Of a stretch of DNA of 64,000 bases, positions 20,942 to 29,577 are shown piece after piece. The notes beneath the pieces are model-generated. The model did not search any database. It worked only from the letters and a program-made list of their open reading frames with translations, and was not told the origin of the DNA. Position numbers and translations under genes: made by a program. This DNA comes from a virus: positions 62,599-126,598 of IMG/VR virus record IMGVR_UViG_3300006037_000005. The stretch is one strand, 5' to 3'. Position 1 is the first letter of the stretch, and the number at the start of each line of letters is the position of its first letter.

Positions 20942-21228
20942 GATTTCGTAAAATGTGTAAATTCAGACAAATAGTTATTGAATTCAATTTTTATGCACAA
21001 TTCTTCATCCTTTGAAACAAAAATAAAAAGAAATGTTCCATCCAAACGATTAAATTCACAATCTTCGTGGCATATATCATATAATTCTAATTCATATTGA
21101 TCAAGGAAATCATCCAAATTTCTGTAAACATCTGATTCATATTTAAATTTTTTTATGGATTCTTGCTCTTGCTTTATAATATCCTTGAACAATTTTTCAA
21201 AATTGAAATATCTGTTGATATTCATCAT
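20938..21228 (-). CDS. hypothetical protein
   Basis: ORF with ATGA overlap. Confidence 0.6.
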   Translation of the reverse strand: MMNINRYFNFEKLFKDIIKQEQESIKKFKYESDVYRNLDDFLDQYELELYDICHEDCEFNRLDGTFLFIFVSKDEELCIKIEFNNYLSEFTHFTKS

Positions 21229-21258
21229 GATGTTTTTATTTCAAAATTCTTAAATAAA

Positions 21259-21285
21259 GATTTGGCTACCATTGGTAGCCAAATC
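21259..21285. terminator. intrinsic terminator hairpin downstream of purZ
   Basis: inverted repeat gatttggctacca / tggtagccaaatc. Confidence 0.8.
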
Positions 21286-21317
21286 AATAAAAATCAAATT
21301 AACTACTAAACTAAATC

Positions 21318-22553
21318 TCAAATCTCAAATCTATCCTCTGTATATTTACCAGTTCCAATCCAACGCATTTTAACATTGGAGAATTCTTTTGAAGATTTTA
21401 TGACAGAATAAATATTTTCTTCTAACCAATCTTTGAATTTATCGGTAATAATATCTGTTCTCTCATTCATATTCCAATCCACATGGTTAGCAAAATTTAC
21501 TGATATGAATATTTTATGTGGTGTTTGATTGAAGATTATTGAATCTTCCAAATTTTTTTTAGAAAATGTTGCAACTCTTCTTGGTAATTTTGTTAAAGTT
21601 GTTAATGATGTTAAATCTTCGTCTGCACCACAACCAAGTCTAACATCTTCCCAAGTTATTTCTTTTTGATCATCATACCAATCACCAGAATATGAATCAA
21701 CCTCCTGATAGTCGTAGTTACCAGATTGAACTTCAGCCCAAGTCAAGAATTTTCTTGAAACAATATCAATATATTTCTTGCTATTGATACGAATCGGAAA
21801 TGTTCTAGTATTTAATGCTATATTGCCAACAACTGTGACAGGCAAAAACATATCATCAAGACCAGCAGAAACAGTCACATTTCTTGATGTGGTATTCGTA
21901 CCAAACAAACCATAGCCATTAGAAAGAGGAAATCCTTGAGCAAGTTCCAACAAACCAGACTGACCTTGGGAAAGTCTCGTTAAAATTTCCCTTGGAACAT
22001 CACAGATAAACTCAGCAAGTTCTGGGACATCTTTAGCCAAAAGTTGATTTTTATCTCTCAGCACACGTCTTGCTCTAGTGCATCCAACACCACTTGATGT
22101 GCTACCAGTTGCATAAGTACCCTTGTGTTCTTCAATGGCTGGTTTACCATCAAAACCATATTTACCTTCTTCATAGAGTCTGTCGATATCTTGAACAATA
22201 GCTGTCATTGGAGAGATACCAATTTTGTTACGAGGGATACCTGTAATTTCAATTTCATTGAAAAATGCTTTCAAATCTATGATGCCACCTTGACCAATAT
22301 ACATTTTTTCGAATTCGTAATGGCGATGTGCATTTGAATTAAATTGTTTATAAACAATTTCTTTGCTACCATTGGCTCTATCGATTACAGTATGTGATGC
22401 TTGTGGTGCAAATGTATTACAAACAAATTGGAATTTACCAACATTTTGCATCGTAATAAAAGAGCCAAGGCTACCTTTGCCTGCAGAACCAGCACATGAA
22501 TCGAGTATTACCGATAATTTACCTGATAAGAAAAATTCGTCTTCTTTTTTCAT
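21318..22553 (-). CDS. purZ: PurZ-like N6-succino-2-amino-deoxyadenylate synthetase (adenylosuccinate synthetase superfamily)
   Basis: GSAGKG (Ser in place of the PurA catalytic Asp of GDEGKG), GSTSSG, RTFPIR, SGDWYDD, TTLTKLPRR.ATFS, and NFAN instead of TKLD. Confidence 0.85.
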   Translation of the reverse strand: MKKEDEFFLSGKLSVILDSCAGSAGKGSLGSFITMQNVGKFQFVCNTFAPQASHTVIDRANGSKEIVYKQFNSNAHRHYEFEKMYIGQGGIIDLKAFFNEIEITGIPRNKIGISPMTAIVQDIDRLYEEGKYGFDGKPAIEEHKGTYATGSTSSGVGCTRARRVLRDKNQLLAKDVPELAEFICDVPREILTRLSQGQSGLLELAQGFPLSNGYGLFGTNTTSRNVTVSAGLDDMFLPVTVVGNIALNTRTFPIRINSKKYIDIVSRKFLTWAEVQSGNYDYQEVDSYSGDWYDDQKEITWEDVRLGCGADEDLTSLTTLTKLPRRVATFSKKNLEDSIIFNQTPHKIFISVNFANHVDWNMNERTDIITDKFKDWLEENIYSVIKSSKEFSNVKMRWIGTGKYTEDRFEI

Positions 22554-22665
22554 TTCTAATTTTTTTGGTGTTTCTTCTATTATTGCTTTACTACATGGGG
22601 GTTTCAATATAAATGGTGTCAAGAAACTTCAGACGTTCCAATGGTAAATAAAGAAAAGGAACAGC

Positions 22666-24501
22666 ATGAACACCAATGATATTAAAATAGGAAAAGAATT
22701 TATTGAAATTATACCGAACCAAGAATATTCCTTGAAGAAAGCATATCTTGGTTTTTATTGCCCCAAATGTTTAAAAGAAAAAACCATATGTTTATTGTCT
22801 GTTTTAAAAGATTATACCAATTCTGTTGGTTGTGGTTGTAGAAAGAAAATAGGGAAGCCTTTTATAAAATCAAAACCATTATCTGAATCAGAATGGGAAG
22901 AAATATTTTCAAAAATACCCATACAGCCTTTGAATTTTAATGATCTTCTTGGTTTTACAATATCGGCTAAAAAACAAATCCCTTTTATTTGTGGTTGTGG
23001 TAAGATTTTTGAATATAATATTGGAAAGATAACAAGTTCCCATACAAAAACTTGTGGTAAATGCAATATAGTAAATCCAAAAGAAATCTCTTACAGCAAC
23101 GGCATTTTGTATAATGGTACTTCTGATTCGATATCTTCAACTTTATCAAAAAATGAAGATTTTATTTGTGGTTGTGGTAATCAATTTAAAGCACCCTTTA
23201 ATTGTGTTGTTTCGGGGAAACAAAAATCTTGTGGTAAATGCAAAATTCTTTCATACCCATCATATATCGGAAAAACATTTGGTAGACTTAAAATTTTAGA
23301 ATTCATTGGATCAAAAGGCAGAATAAATGATCCAAAGAAATCGGAGAATTTCTTCAAATGTGAATGTTCGTGTGGCAATGTAAAAGAAATAACAACATCT
23401 GCAATATTAAGAAATGGATCAAAAGGAAAAATTTCTTGTGGTAAATGTTCAAATGTTGCAAAAGAAATTAGAATGGCTAATCCTTTTCCAGGTTTGCATG
23501 ATTACAAAAAATTGGAACTTTGGTTTGAAACACAATTCATAAAACCAATTGTTCCTATCAATGAATACACAATAAACAAAAACAAAATACCAATGCACTG
23601 TAAATTGTGCGGTGACGATTTTGATACATCTTTATATGATATTAAAAGAGGCAAAATTTTGAGTTGTGGTTGTTTATCAAACAGAATATCTCAAATGAAC
23701 ACCGAAGTTGGAACATTTATAAAAGAACTTGGCTTTGAAATCCAATATGAACATTATCTTGGTGAAAATTTACATTCTGATATTTTTGTTAAGAATAAAA
23801 ACCTTGTGATAGAAATGAACGGAATTTATTATCACAAAGAGGCTACAAGATTAAGTGAGATTAAAAAATTCAATAAAGCAAAAGAAATTGGATATGATTT
23901 TTTAATGTTCTATGAAGATGAATGGAGAGATAAGAGAGATATTTGCAAAAATCTCATTAAACAAAAACTTGGTATAAATTCTGATATTATAAAATTAAGA
24001 CCAAAGGATTGTGAAGTTAGAATTGTGAAATCACCATTGGTTAAAGAATTGTTTGAAAAATTCCATATACAAGGTTACAGACCATCAAGTTTTAATATAG
24101 CTGTCTATCATAAAGATAATCTAATAGCCTGTATGGCAATTAATAGACCATCAAGACAAAATATAAAAGAAGATTATGAAATTTCAAGAATGGTTTGTGA
24201 TACGAAATATAGGGTGAACGGACTTTGGTCTTTTTTGTTCAAATATATTGAAAGAACAAATCTGTTTACTGGAACTATTACAACATTTTCTGAAAACAGA
24301 ATATCAAACGGAAACATATATTTAAATATAGGAATGGTGCATTGTGGTAATGTGAAATCAGATTATTATTGGTGTGACACAAGGAACAGATTCCACAAAT
24401 CTATGATGAGAGGTAAAAATGAAACTTTGATTAACAAAGAAAAAGGCTACCACAAGATTTTTGATTTGGGAAAGAAGAAATTCTCAACAGAGATCTTGTG
24501 A
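22666..24501 (+). CDS. putative homing endonuclease: Cys-rich zinc-ribbon repeats, a PD-(D/E)xK (DUF559/Vsr-like) nuclease and a GNAT-like C-terminal domain
   Basis: many CxCG/SCGxC repeats; DIF...VIEMNG.YYH...FYEDEW; H(I)QG...YEISR; IFD.G. Confidence 0.75.
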   Translation: MNTNDIKIGKEFIEIIPNQEYSLKKAYLGFYCPKCLKEKTICLLSVLKDYTNSVGCGCRKKIGKPFIKSKPLSESEWEEIFSKIPIQPLNFNDLLGFTISAKKQIPFICGCGKIFEYNIGKITSSHTKTCGKCNIVNPKEISYSNGILYNGTSDSISSTLSKNEDFICGCGNQFKAPFNCVVSGKQKSCGKCKILSYPSYIGKTFGRLKILEFIGSKGRINDPKKSENFFKCECSCGNVKEITTSAILRNGSKGKISCGKCSNVAKEIRMANPFPGLHDYKKLELWFETQFIKPIVPINEYTINKNKIPMHCKLCGDDFDTSLYDIKRGKILSCGCLSNRISQMNTEVGTFIKELGFEIQYEHYLGENLHSDIFVKNKNLVIEMNGIYYHKEATRLSEIKKFNKAKEIGYDFLMFYEDEWRDKRDICKNLIKQKLGINSDIIKLRPKDCEVRIVKSPLVKELFEKFHIQGYRPSSFNIAVYHKDNLIACMAINRPSRQNIKEDYEISRMVCDTKYRVNGLWSFLFKYIERTNLFTGTITTFSENRISNGNIYLNIGMVHCGNVKSDYYWCDTRNRFHKSMMRGKNETLINKEKGYHKIFDLGKKKFSTEIL

Positions 24502-24518
24502 TAACCTTTCTGATGTTT

Positions 24519-25536
24519 TTATTGTCTGAATTTTGAAAGTCTCGATTCTGAAATAGATTTCTTTGGTTTTATCTCTCCGTTATATTCATCTATGGTAATA
24601 TCTGTCTTACTACCAAAATCCCCAATAAATGTTTCTTTATCGAAATCCCAATAGCAAACATCGGCATTGTTGATGAAATTATAGAGTGTTCCATCATCGT
24701 ATTTTTGGATGTCAGATTTTTCTATACCACTATATGGTGGTGCATATAGCATAACTTGTTTGTCTGAATTTGTTGATATATTATACCAAACACCATCAGA
24801 TCCCATAGCTTCTTCTATATCACGCTTTGAATCAATATTCCAGCCAGTATCATTCTGTTTTCTATATAATAGATGCATTTCATAGAGATCACCAGAATCC
24901 TCCAAATTAGATTCTGATATTTTACCCAAGTATTTTACTTCTTCTTTCGTCAACAATCTTGAAACAATACTGTCATCAATGTAACCATTATCATCAATAT
25001 AATCGTTCATTTTGTTTAATATTGGTTCTGTTATCCTATTAACTGGCATATTTTTTATTTTTTTTACCAAATCTTGTTGAATTTTTGTAAAATTCATTCC
25101 AGAATTTCTTTCTATCTTTATCATCCATAGTTGATTCTTTAATTTTGCCACCATTTTTATATGCTTCAATCTCTTCTTTAGAAAAATCAGAAACGATTTT
25201 AGACATTTTTGGTGCACCTTCAAGAGAAGTCAATTGATTATCGGAACAATAGAATCTTTCACATTCTTTTGGTGCACCCTGTAGCGAGGTTAATTCGTTG
25301 CGGTCACAATAAAACCTCCAGGATTCTTTTGGTGAACCTTTTAATGAAGTTAATTTATTGTTAGAACAATAAAAAACCCCATCTACAATTCCGAATTGAA
25401 CTGGAATTTCCTTTAATCCTTTATTTGAGATATCAACATACCCATTAACGTCGACTGTTAGATCGTCATTAATTATGTAATTATTGATACCCATTTCATT
25501 AAGCCATACTCGAATCTCTTCTCTGCTTTTTAACAT
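24519..25536 (-). CDS. LRR-family modular protein split by a frameshift near 25050-25090 (ORFs 25039-25536 and 24519-25223)
   Basis: the LRR N-terminal part and the C-terminal part ending ISESRLSKFRQ are offset by one base across poly-A runs. Confidence 0.7.
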
Positions 25537-25557
25537 AATATTTCTATTTTTTTATAT

Positions 25558-25767
25558 TTATCTTCTTGCCACTATTTCAAATTCTTGATCAACATAGTTA
25601 GTACACATACCATGGTTTTTATTAATAAAAATGATCCTATCACCATTGTGTTTATACGGATTTGCATATATACCAGAAGATGCATTCCTGTCTAAATGTC
25701 TTATATCTAAAACAAGATGCTCTATAGTGTAAAGTTGTTTATTGATCTTATGTTTGTAGATATTCAT
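25558..25767 (-). CDS. hypothetical protein
   Basis: ORF. Confidence 0.55.
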   Translation of the reverse strand: MNIYKHKINKQLYTIEHLVLDIRHLDRNASSGIYANPYKHNGDRIIFINKNHGMCTNYVDQEFEIVARR

Positions 25768-25784
25768 GGTTTATCATTTTGAAC

Positions 25785-26288
25785 TCACTCTTTTTTAATA
25801 TCTCTATAGATACCACCATGTTCCTTGTATTCGTGATCTGTTATGGCACACACCACTTTTCTTACTGTATCAAGATCAACCCCTATTTTTCTGCTCAAAT
25901 TTTGCATCTCACTCGTATTGGTTGGTAAATAGACGGGAACAATACCTTTCGAGAAAGCATCCATTGTGTTATTAACTACCATTAACTCCTCTTTGGATAA
26001 ACTAAACAGTGATGTTACACGTTTTGATAGGCCACTTAGTGTGGTAACATATTTTTCATTATGTACGTTCATTGATACCTTTAAGTGTGCTTTGAAAACG
26101 TCTATTAATCGTTCTGTTAAGGAATATAAATCATTAGTCTCTCTAATCCTCTGTTTGAGAGAAACTATATCTTTATCTTTAGATGCTAATTTGCTCTTTG
26201 GGATTTCTTTATAATCTTCTTTTAACATATACATCTGATTCCTCAGTATGTCTGCTAGTATCATCATGTGAAGCTCGTTGTGAGTCAT
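25785..26288 (-). CDS. hypothetical protein
   Basis: 167 aa ORF. Confidence 0.7.
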   Translation of the reverse strand: MTHNELHMMILADILRNQMYMLKEDYKEIPKSKLASKDKDIVSLKQRIRETNDLYSLTERLIDVFKAHLKVSMNVHNEKYVTTLSGLSKRVTSLFSLSKEELMVVNNTMDAFSKGIVPVYLPTNTSEMQNLSRKIGVDLDTVRKVVCAITDHEYKEHGGIYRDIKKE

Positions 26289-26536
26289 GTTTTATTCGTT
26301 ATCAATAACTAATTTTATACCAAATAATATTGCTTTTGCACTCCACTAGCAATTTTAGCGGTGGATATATTACTCCTGCAATCTTTCCAACTCATATCTT
26401 ACCAAAGCCATTTCATCAATAGCCCTAATATGTTCTTCAATTTTTTCACGTTCTTTAATCAATTTGATTACTTCTTCGTTGTTTGTTGCTTTTGTCCAAT
26501 CTATCATATCCGTAAATTTTACTATCTGCTAACAGT

Positions 26537-27226
26537 TCATATAACCCCCCAATTGATATAATATTTTGACTTTTTATGAAATTTACTTGATACGAAATCA
26601 TACTCAATTTTATAAACAAGATTATTACCGAAATCAATATCATATACATTACACACATCTACGAGTCTTTTAAAATCATCATCTATATAAAAATCGTTCA
26701 AAGTGTCCAATAAGGTATCATGGGAATTAATGAACAAATTAATACCAAGAGTCCATCTGAAAACATTTTTTGCTATCAATTCAAACTGTTTTTTGTTTGA
26801 AAATGTAGAATCTATGAAAACATTTTTTATTTTATTTTCTTTTATATAGTTATACAAATATTTATCATATCCATCTTTATCTGAAGATTTCGAAAGATGT
26901 AAAAATGGTTGTAAGATATTTGGTAAATTGCCCATGACACCCATGGATTGGGCAAATTTAGAGGCAATATCTATTTCATTGGGAATGATGGAATCGTTTT
27001 CCAAAATAATCGTGTGTGATTTACCATGGATATTTAAAAAATATCTGTTATCAAAGCATTCGATTATTTTATTGTTATTCAAGAATATTTCCCAATCATA
27101 GTAAGTACCAAAATAAATCCCATCATTTTGGCGTATCAAAATACCACAATCTCCATTAAAATTTTTTTGGCAATAAGCATTTATGATGCTAAGATCCTGT
27201 TCCTTTATAAATGTTTTTAATTTCAT
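26537..27226 (-). CDS. hypothetical protein
   Basis: 229 aa ORF with ATGA overlap. Confidence 0.7.
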   Translation of the reverse strand: MKLKTFIKEQDLSIINAYCQKNFNGDCGILIRQNDGIYFGTYYDWEIFLNNNKIIECFDNRYFLNIHGKSHTIILENDSIIPNEIDIASKFAQSMGVMGNLPNILQPFLHLSKSSDKDGYDKYLYNYIKENKIKNVFIDSTFSNKKQFELIAKNVFRWTLGINLFINSHDTLLDTLNDFYIDDDFKRLVDVCNVYDIDFGNNLVYKIEYDFVSSKFHKKSKYYINWGVI

Positions 27227-27669
27227 ATCACTCCATGATTTAATTTTGTGAAAATGTGTGGTTTCCTTATCATGGTGTTGTTTGCAACACCTTTGATTTT
27301 ATCAAAACCAAATTTCCTATATAATTTTATAAGAGCATCTATATCAGTACCAAAAGAAGAATCTGGCTTTATAAAAGATTTCAATTTATGTTTATCGCAA
27401 AAATCAGAAATTTCTTCCAAAACTTTAGTACCAAACCCCTGTCTTCTATATTCTTCTTTTATTTCTATTAAGCAGATATTTAGAAAATCAGATTTCACAG
27501 AACAATTCAAACACAATGATTGAATAGGATATTTGTTCAAGAGATTGTTCTTTAAGCAAATAGTAGCAAGTTGTATATCATCACCATTATAAAGCATATT
27601 GTATTTCTGCTCTGATTCAGTATGGATGATATTTTCTATTTTCTTTGTCATTGTCTTATGGATTTTCAA
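27223..27669 (-). CDS. GNAT family acetyltransferase
   Basis: EEYRRQGFG acetyl-CoA-binding motif and LY.KFGF. Confidence 0.8.
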   Translation of the reverse strand: MKIHKTMTKKIENIIHTESEQKYNMLYNGDDIQLATICLKNNLLNKYPIQSLCLNCSVKSDFLNICLIEIKEEYRRQGFGTKVLEEISDFCDKHKLKSFIKPDSSFGTDIDALIKLYRKFGFDKIKGVANNTMIRKPHIFTKLNHGVI

Positions 27670-27883
27670 TAATGGCTGTCAAATTTTGTTCAAACCATAT
27701 GGACATCTTATCTCGTGTTGGTGTGTCGTGCACACTAAATTTTATTGCATCATATTTTATATGATCTGGTAGTTTATTATAGCAAGCAACTATACCCTCA
27801 TCGCTTTTTATATTTAAACCAGTTGCATCAAAAATCACATCATGCAATCTATTTAGTGAATCTCTATCAAATTTTGTTACCAT
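27656..27883 (-). CDS. hypothetical protein
   Basis: ORF. Confidence 0.6.
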   Translation of the reverse strand: MVTKFDRDSLNRLHDVIFDATGLNIKSDEGIVACYNKLPDHIKYDAIKFSVHDTPTRDKMSIWFEQNLTAIIENP

Positions 27884-27924
27884 TTTTTATATTTTGACTG
27901 CTACCATTTTTTATATTTTGACTG
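27878..27924. repeat. 24-bp-period tandem duplication spanning a start codon
   Basis: taccattttttatattttgactg occurs twice. Confidence 0.9.
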
Positions 27925-27976
27925 TTACTACTTCTATATAAGGCACTAAATATACCTGCGGACGTTAGCCGTAATG

Positions 27977-28309
27977 TTAAGAACGTCTGTGCTTAATATC
28001 TCCTGACATAGTAGAAATAGAACCACCAACCATATTGCAATCAACATCACCAGACATTGTAGAAATAGAGCCATCAACATCGCCAGTAACTTCAACATCA
28101 CCACTTTGAGTTGAAATTGATTTTACACTTCCTTCAACTGATACCTTGTTGCAAGCGTCTACCTTCAATTGTTCAATATTACCAACAACTGAAATATTAA
28201 TTTCTTTGCTGTCAGGCGTTACATCTTTGCCGTTAATTATGACTTTGCCATTTGTTACTACAATACTATTACCTGAATATGTATTGCCATTAATTGTAAT
28301 TGTACTCAT
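27977..28309 (-). CDS. beta-solenoid repeat protein (SISTMSGDV repeats)
   Basis: repeated V.GSIST.SGDV units. Confidence 0.75.
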   Translation of the reverse strand: MSTITINGNTYSGNSIVVTNGKVIINGKDVTPDSKEINISVVGNIEQLKVDACNKVSVEGSVKSISTQSGDVEVTGDVDGSISTMSGDVDCNMVGGSISTMSGDIKHRRS

Positions 28310-28316
28310 TTTTATA

Positions 28317-28940
28317 TCAAAATTTTCTTGATCCTATATTAAACACTTCTAACTCACCCAGAGATTTAAAAATTGTATTACCAACTTCTACGCTTTTTGA
28401 TATACCATAATGAGAAAATATGAACATCGATGGTATATGTATCTCTAACAGTCTATCAAGAAATTTATTGGTTGGAGTAAGTTGCGTGGTATCTGCGAAA
28501 TGGTGCGATACTGACGAAGGACATTCATGGCTTATAACAACATATGGTTTGTGGGTAGCATAAGATACAGAACATTGTTGCATGTCATAAAATGATAATT
28601 CTTCTCTTTCAAAATAATCAACATCCAATGTTCTAAATATCCTATCTCTTGATTGTGCACCTCTTACGAAGAACATCCCGTTGTGCATACCAAAATCACC
28701 AAGACTGTACTTCGAACCAAGATAATTCAAATCATCATTATTTCCAAACAAAATTTTATTCTTGCTGTTGTTAGTACAATTTTCATGCCATTCATGATCT
28801 TCTCTAAAACCAAAATCACCAAGTTGTACAGTATCAACTCTTTGGTTAGAATGTAGAATATCTTTATAACTTTCTATTGATGAATGACATGATCCTATCA
28901 ATATTGTTTTTTTAATTTCCTTGTATAATCTACCTCCCAT
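28317..28940 (-). CDS. metallophosphoesterase-like protein with degenerate motifs
   Basis: IGSCH, QLGDFG, GNND, SHECP and FSHY correspond to the GDxH, GD, GNHD, H and GHxH positions. Confidence 0.7.
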   Translation of the reverse strand: MGGRLYKEIKKTILIGSCHSSIESYKDILHSNQRVDTVQLGDFGFREDHEWHENCTNNSKNKILFGNNDDLNYLGSKYSLGDFGMHNGMFFVRGAQSRDRIFRTLDVDYFEREELSFYDMQQCSVSYATHKPYVVISHECPSSVSHHFADTTQLTPTNKFLDRLLEIHIPSMFIFSHYGISKSVEVGNTIFKSLGELEVFNIGSRKF

Positions 28941-29577
28941 TTTGTATCAAAAAATCTAAATCTTTTATCATGTCTTTTTCCAAATCAGCCCATGTGCTCC
29001 AATTGTGTGCTGGATTCTTTAATTCGAGATTTGGATAAGTACCTTTGTACTTTTTGATAAAATCTTCCTTTGAAAATCTTGGTTTATGTATATTGTAATA
29101 GATTTTAAGTTTTCTAATATCATCGTTTGATGCATATTCTGATATTTTATTACAAACATCATCAAAATCAAATTCTACAATGTGGCGAAAACCAGGATCT
29201 ACAACCATATTTGTATCTTTCACAAAATTCTGTGAGATTTCCCCATTGTAATATAACAGGATTTTATGATTTCCAATACCCAAATCAAGATAAGATCTAA
29301 AGAATTTCATATTGAATCTATCCTTTTTGTGTTCTTTTTCCATCTCTTTGGCTTTAATATAACAATTCAAAAGCGATTGATCTTGTTCAGATAAGATACC
29401 AGAATTTGCTCCACAACAGAAATATGAAAAACCAAAATCTTCTAAAGGCAGATATGATACTGGTGGTTTTATATCAGATTCAAGCGATATCACATGGTTT
29501 GAATTGTAGTATAAACTAAAATTTTTGTTAGAATTCCAATATTCAAGATTCATTGATAAGCATCTCATATTGCTCAT
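28930..29577 (-). CDS. hypothetical protein
   Basis: 215 aa ORF. Confidence 0.65.
   Translation of the reverse strand: MSNMRCLSMNLEYWNSNKNFSLYYNSNHVISLESDIKPPVSYLPLEDFGFSYFCCGANSGILSEQDQSLLNCYIKAKEMEKEHKKDRFNMKFFRSYLDLGIGNHKILLYYNGEISQNFVKDTNMVVDPGFRHIVEFDFDDVCNKISEYASNDDIRKLKIYYNIHKPRFSKEDFIKKYKGTYPNLELKNPAHNWSTWADLEKDMIKDLDFLIQNGR

Noticed and set aside
21318-22622. Annotation as ordinary purA (with purB) for AMP synthesis
   Set aside because: It lacks the PurA Asp of GDEGKG, TGRxRR and TKLD; the motifs match PurZ
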